NCBI GenBank assembly: GCA_023139205.1
Contig: JAGLOA010000003.1
Coordinates: forward strand, 1,779-65,778
DNA: 64,000 nt
From: Candidatus Pacearchaeota archaeon
Lineage (GTDB): Archaea; Nanobdellota; Nanobdellia; Pacearchaeales; GW2011-AR1
Direction: 5' to 3'
The position numbers were made by a program, and so were the translations under genes. The notes under the pieces were generated by a model that had not been told where the DNA came from, did not search any database, and saw only the letters and a list, made by a program, of their open reading frames with translations. Positions 59,533 to 64,000 of this stretch are shown one piece after another. Positions within the stretch are counted from its first letter, which is position 1. Every line of letters starts with the position of its first letter.

Positions 59533-60342
59533 TTAAATATTTTTTTCACAATATTGATTTAAATAACAATCATTACATTTAGGATTTATGGGTTTGCACC
59601 ATTTTCTTCCAATTTCCCAACAAGAAAAATCAAATATTCCTGGATATTCTGGATTTAATTCTTTAGCACTATAAATTAAAATTTCGTTTGTTGACTTCTT
59701 AGGAATAAAACCTATTCTCTCAAAAACTTTTTTTACTTGCATATCTGGAGAAATATCAATTCCATTATAATCGCTCATTGAAATTTTAAAACTTCTTGCT
59801 AAAATATTTGCACTCATAGTTGCTATTTTAATACCAACCCCACGAAACTCTAAAAATCTTCTAACTAAAAGATTACTACTTAGATTCCCTTTCCAGATAT
59901 TTGAAGCATCATCATTATATTTTTCATGTATCTTTTGGATGGCTAAATAAAAATTTATAGCCATTTGTTCATTAAAACGATGCAATTTTTTTTCTTGAAA
60001 AATTCTTTTACAATTTTCTTCACTTAATAAAAGAAGTTTCTGAAATTCAAAAGTTCCGATTTCTTTTGAAAATAAATAAGGAATAACCCATGCTTTTTCT
60101 GCTTTAATTTGTCTATCCATAACACAAGCAAGAACATAAGCATGAGGATTTTTTTCAAGATCATTCAATAAAATATCTGCTTCTTTATTTCCAGAAAATT
60201 CTATAAATTTTTTAGGAGCATTCATTAATTCCTCGCCTCTTTTTAATAAAATTTCTCTTATTTTTTCTTTATCTGCTTCAAGATTTTTAGGTTTAATCTT
60301 TGGCAAAATAATTTTTCCTTCTTTATCAAATTGCAAACTCAT
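59533..60342 (-). CDS. HhH-GPD superfamily DNA glycosylase-like protein with Fe-S motif
   Basis: F-GVG-KIA-M, PD-QV, C-x6-C-x2-C-x5-C. Confidence 0.82.
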   Translation of the reverse strand: MSLQFDKEGKIILPKIKPKNLEADKEKIREILLKRGEELMNAPKKFIEFSGNKEADILLNDLEKNPHAYVLACVMDRQIKAEKAWVIPYLFSKEIGTFEFQKLLLLSEENCKRIFQEKKLHRFNEQMAINFYLAIQKIHEKYNDDASNIWKGNLSSNLLVRRFLEFRGVGIKIATMSANILARSFKISMSDYNGIDISPDMQVKKVFERIGFIPKKSTNEILIYSAKELNPEYPGIFDFSCWEIGRKWCKPINPKCNDCYLNQYCEKNI

Positions 60343-60343
60343 T

Positions 60344-60556
60344 TTATAATCCTTTTTTTAATCCTTTTTTTAATCCTTTTTTTAAACCAGAACTTTTTAA
60401 TCCTTCCTTTAATCCGTCTTCCAACCCAAAATCAATTTTCTTAAACAAAATCTCTTGCTTTTTAATGTTTTTTGCACTAAATTGTTTTGTAATTTTCTCA
60501 CTAGACTCTGGGATAAAAGGCCAAAGTAATTCAGCAATTTTCAAAATACTTTCCTT
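60344..60556 (-). pseudogene. metG: Orphan 3' fragment of methionyl-tRNA synthetase with GLKK repeat tail
   Basis: KESILKIAELLWPFIPESSEKI...ILFKKI matches the end of a class Ia anticodon-binding domain; no upstream coding continuation. Confidence 0.7.
60347..60382. repeat. 12-bp tandem repeat TAATCCTTTTTT x3 (degenerate copies to about 60427)
   Basis: Directly visible; encodes GLKK on the minus strand. Confidence 0.9.
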
Positions 60557-60733
60557 CGTTGGGCTTACCCACAACTTGCTATGATTAAGTTGTTGATTCT
60601 TAGCATCAAAGAATCAACCTTTTTCTTATCGAATTTTTTAAAAATTAACGCAATCATTTATGAATAACTACAAGAAATTATTCTGCCCGAAAAGTCTGGC
60701 ATAAAAAATAGCATTACCGAGAACCCTTAATTC

Positions 60734-61930
60734 TTAGGTTTTTTTAGTCTTTCTCGTAGATGCTAACTTTTCTTTAAGTTCAGCTTTTCGGTTAATATAC
60801 TCTTCCATACATTCTTTAAAATCAACATTAATTTTTCTTTCAAATATTTCAGCAATAAGACGGCAAATATTGTTGCAAATAAATTTCATCAGTAGTTCAT
60901 TTGTTTGACTAACAAAATTTTTACAACGTAAGAACTCACCAAACTTACGCTTGTTTATAGAGAAAGCTGCTTCAACTTGAGGTCTTTGTCTATACTGATA
61001 ATAAAATTCCTCTTTATGATTTTTAAAATAATCAAAAGCAATTTTCCATATATCTGGAGATTTTTCTTGAGGATTTGCATTTTTCTTAAACGGAATTATT
61101 GGAATTGCTCCTAATTTTTCAATTATCTGAAGTGTTCTATAGGAGCTATAAGCTTTATCTCCAGAAATCATTCTTGGTTCTGAGTTATAAAACAATTGCC
61201 CTAAGAGTTCAGGAACTTGTTTATCGTCAGAATAGTTTCCAGGCGTAATAACGCAAGAATAAACAGCATGGGTAACAGTTCCAACAGCTATATGTGCTTT
61301 AAGATAATTTCTTTTTAGGTTATGTAGTTCTTTTCCATCTACTCCTTTTTTGAATCTGACCCTCATCCATCTTTCATATTGATAACTTCCAAATCCTGAA
61401 GAGTCCATTGCAATCATATCACTATCAATAAATTTTAATGGTATTGCAGTTATGTGTAATATTCTTAAAAGTAAATCTTTAGTTCCCTCACAATTTAGAA
61501 AATCATTAAGAGTGTTCACGCCAGGCGACTTAAAAATAAACCCCAAATTTTCAAATAATTTTAAGTCAGAGTTTAAAACTCTTCCAGATGTATTTGTATA
61601 AAGTTTTAACCCTAAAGAAAAAATTAAATCTGAGAGTTTAGCTTTTGGTCTTCCTCCAGATGATTCTGTTTCTCCTTCATCAAAAATTTCTGCTAATTCA
61701 GAAAGAAGTATCCAAAACATTCTTTTTTCATTTGTTAAAGCTAAATGAACAAGACGGTGATTTGTGGATTTATGTGTAGATAAACATGTCTGAACAACTT
61801 CAGGTTTTTCTGTTTTGAAAGATGCTTCTCTTTTTTCTCTTTTTGCTATTTCATCAGAAAGTTTGTATTTCTTTACATATTTTCCATCGCTTTCTACTAC
61901 AATTTTTTCTCCTCTATATATTTTTGCCAT
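60734..61930 (-). CDS. DDE transposase (IS5/IS4-like, DDE_Tnp_1)
   Basis: AMDSSG, KAHI, SGDKAY, Y..R.QVEAAFS..KRKFG. Confidence 0.9.
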   Translation of the reverse strand: MAKIYRGEKIVVESDGKYVKKYKLSDEIAKREKREASFKTEKPEVVQTCLSTHKSTNHRLVHLALTNEKRMFWILLSELAEIFDEGETESSGGRPKAKLSDLIFSLGLKLYTNTSGRVLNSDLKLFENLGFIFKSPGVNTLNDFLNCEGTKDLLLRILHITAIPLKFIDSDMIAMDSSGFGSYQYERWMRVRFKKGVDGKELHNLKRNYLKAHIAVGTVTHAVYSCVITPGNYSDDKQVPELLGQLFYNSEPRMISGDKAYSSYRTLQIIEKLGAIPIIPFKKNANPQEKSPDIWKIAFDYFKNHKEEFYYQYRQRPQVEAAFSINKRKFGEFLRCKNFVSQTNELLMKFICNNICRLIAEIFERKINVDFKECMEEYINRKAELKEKLASTRKTKKT

Positions 61931-61931
61931 T

Positions 61932-62069
61932 TTATTTTTCCTCCCTTGTTTCTAAAAGACGATTGATTATTTCGTCGTAGCTTTCTCTTTTGCAAAGTTT
62001 TAACTTTACAAGCTTAGCTACAGTTATTTTATTCATCCATATCATTGTTTTGTGTTTTGGTAATGTCAT
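61932..62069 (-). CDS. Small ribbon-helix-helix protein
   Basis: Not in the ORF track; MTLPKHKTMIWMNKITVAKLVKLKLCKRESYDEIINRLLETREEK*, AGGAG upstream, ends 1 nt before the transposase ATG. Confidence 0.7.
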   Translation of the reverse strand: MTLPKHKTMIWMNKITVAKLVKLKLCKRESYDEIINRLLETREEK

Positions 62070-62373
62070 TTTGTTTTTCTCCTATTTTATTGGAGTATAG
62101 TGGCTCTCCCCATAAAAGAGCCATTGTTTTTTAGATAATCCCATAACTTATCCTGTAAGTTAATCCCATAAATTAACTTGTCGTCGGTAATTAGTCCCAT
62201 AATCTAATTTCCTTGCTTATACATCCATTGTATACTGTATCTATAACATACAGAGTATTTAAACTTTACTATTTTTTATAATTCGGTGGTATGGCGTATC
62301 TATTATAATCCGTAAGATTTATAAATGCTAAATACCATAGATATATAATAATAAATATATACAAAGACAAAAA

Positions 62374-62634
62374 ATGGCAAAAAAAGAGGATAAACCAAGA
62401 TTTGAAGAAGCAAGAGAACTATTCTCTAATGAGAAGAAAGAAAGAGTGATAGAAAAAGATGTTTTTCAAGATAAATTTACAGGACAAATTTCTTTAAGAC
62501 TACCGAAGGACATCTGTCTTTCAAAAAGAATAAATAAAAATTCTAAATTTGGGATAATAATAAATCCAAAAAAGGAAACATGGGACGAATTAAAAGAAGA
62601 AGACCTCATCATCAGGTTAATAAAAAAGAAATAA
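62374..62634 (+). CDS. AbrB/MazE-like small protein
   Basis: TGQISLRLPKDI...I. Confidence 0.6.
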   Translation: MAKKEDKPRFEEARELFSNEKKERVIEKDVFQDKFTGQISLRLPKDICLSKRINKNSKFGIIINPKKETWDELKEEDLIIRLIKKK

Positions 62635-62888
62635 TGGTAAAAAGAAAACTACTTAACAAAGTCGAGAAGCTGATTTTAAACACACTATTCAAGGAAGACA
62701 TTCCTTTGACACCCAATGCTCTTGCAACGATAACTGGACTTGCTTATGTTACTGCAAAAAAATATCTTATTCAAATGACTAAAGAAGGTCTTTTAGTTGA
62801 AGCTGAAAAGAAAAAAGCTATGAAAAAAGAAAAAGGAAAACGAGGCGAAAGTAGGAAATATATGATTAATACAGATATATGGTGTTGA
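62634..62888 (+). CDS. Winged-HTH protein
   Basis: TAATG coupling; ILNTL...LTPNALATITGLAYVTAKKYL..M.KEGL. Confidence 0.75.
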   Translation: MVKRKLLNKVEKLILNTLFKEDIPLTPNALATITGLAYVTAKKYLIQMTKEGLLVEAEKKKAMKKEKGKRGESRKYMINTDIWC

Positions 62889-63092
62889 TAAAATGAAAAA
62901 TAGTTATGAAAAAATGGCTGGAGAAAATAGATAAAAATGAAAAGGAAAAATTTACTCTTAATTATAAATGTCAAAAAAGCATACAGATAAACTTACATGA
63001 ACTCATCTTTCTCATCTTACTTGTTTCGGCTACTAATTTTATTGTAGGGTTAGTTACCTAAATTATAAAAACAAGGATTTCATAGTTTAATT

Positions 63093-64000
63093 ATGGGATT
63101 TAAGTTGATTATAAGTAAATATGGATTAGCAATAGTATTAGCTTTCATTTCTGCGATGACGGGTTGCTTATCTTTTTTCCCAAATTTAATAAGAAATGAA
63201 ATACTAAAATACTTATTACCATTATTTTTTCTTTTAGGTTTTATATTAGAAATTATAAGAATAGTTGCAACTGAAAACAAGCCTGTAGATATTTCATTAG
63301 AGAGTAAGGAAGAGTTAAGAGAATCTATTAAACAAGATACACAAAAAACTGTCAAGACTTATTCAGATAATGTTAAACGAAAAGTTGAAAAATTTAATAA
63401 AGAAAAATTAAGTCGTTATGATTCCACAGAACTTTTAGTAAATCTTGTTAAAAATAATTATGTTTCGATTAAGGAAGTTGAAAAGATACTGCCAAATGAG
63501 CAATTTATCTCTGTATTTTGCTATCCCACTGGAGGTCCAACAATTCCAAAAGATGCTCGTTTAAGCAGGTTATACCCTCAATTATTCTCTGATTTAGGCT
63601 TTGTTAGGCTTGGGGCGAACTTCTTTATAATTCCCGAAAGAAATCTTCTTCCAAAAGAACTAAGAGGAATTGATGTTCTAACAAATCATATCAAAGAAGG
63701 AATTATTATTTATTCAAATGAAGAATGGAAAAATAATCTTACCAAGATAAATTCTACGGGACATAAAATTATGTATCGGAACTGGAAAGATAAAGAGAAC
63801 CCTCTAAAATATGACTTCTTAGTCTATAAAATTAATATGACTGATCTTAAACATGTTTTCATTAAAGAAAGTTCTTTTACTAATGATTTTTTAAAAGAAC
63901 TTGCCTCAGTTGCAGATATAAGAGCAATAAGATTAAATGAAGTAGATAAAGCAAACATAAAAGATTTTATCCTAAAATCAAGTCTTAACATTCTCATATT
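63093..64000 (+). CDS. Hypothetical protein with two N-terminal TM helices (runs off the window)
   Basis: Read by hand: open from ATG 63093 to the end, MGFKLIISKYGLAIVLAF... Confidence 0.75.
   Translation, partial: MGFKLIISKYGLAIVLAFISAMTGCLSFFPNLIRNEILKYLLPLFFLLGFILEIIRIVATENKPVDISLESKEELRESIKQDTQKTVKTYSDNVKRKVEKFNKEKLSRYDSTELLVNLVKNNYVSIKEVEKILPNEQFISVFCYPTGGPTIPKDARLSRLYPQLFSDLGFVRLGANFFIIPERNLLPKELRGIDVLTNHIKEGIIIYSNEEWKNNLTKINSTGHKIMYRNWKDKENPLKYDFLVYKINMTDLKHVFIKESSFTNDFLKELASVADIRAIRLNEVDKANIKDFILKSSLNILI

Larger units (their letters stand above)
60557..64000. mobile_element. Transposase-bearing island abutting the metG fragment; right end outside the window
   Basis: Abrupt metG break, hairpin-rich junction, transposase, RHH, AbrB-like and wHTH genes. 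Confidence 0.55.

Overview
Very AT-rich archaeal chromosome segment. The gene set (archaeal PheS/PheT, RFC, FEN1, PolB, aRF1, RadB, RpoL, TFS, NAC, Sec61-beta, eL41, two Cdc48, short mostly leaderless genes) is typical of a reduced DPANN genome, most like Pacearchaeota (inference). It contains about 75 CDS, four tRNAs (Thr, Gln, intron-containing Glu, Lys), three toxin-antitoxin-type pairs and, at the right end, an IS5-like transposase island abutting an orphan metG 3' fragment. Three things stand out. (1) A compact three-gene candidate RiPP cluster at 47448-49609: a 70-aa precursor with seven W-x-x repeats, a TraB/GumN/TIKI-like hydrolase and a radical SAM/SPASM maturase. (2) A dispersed family of modular GC-rich hairpin cassettes that lie between genes and also in frame inside housekeeping enzymes (Nth, RFC-L, ValS, Trm5, AckA, TopA). 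(3) A recurrent pattern of 12-41 bp duplications of gene or tRNA ends bracketing accessory DNA, with no integrase in the window. All product calls come from motif recognition by eye; no database search was run.
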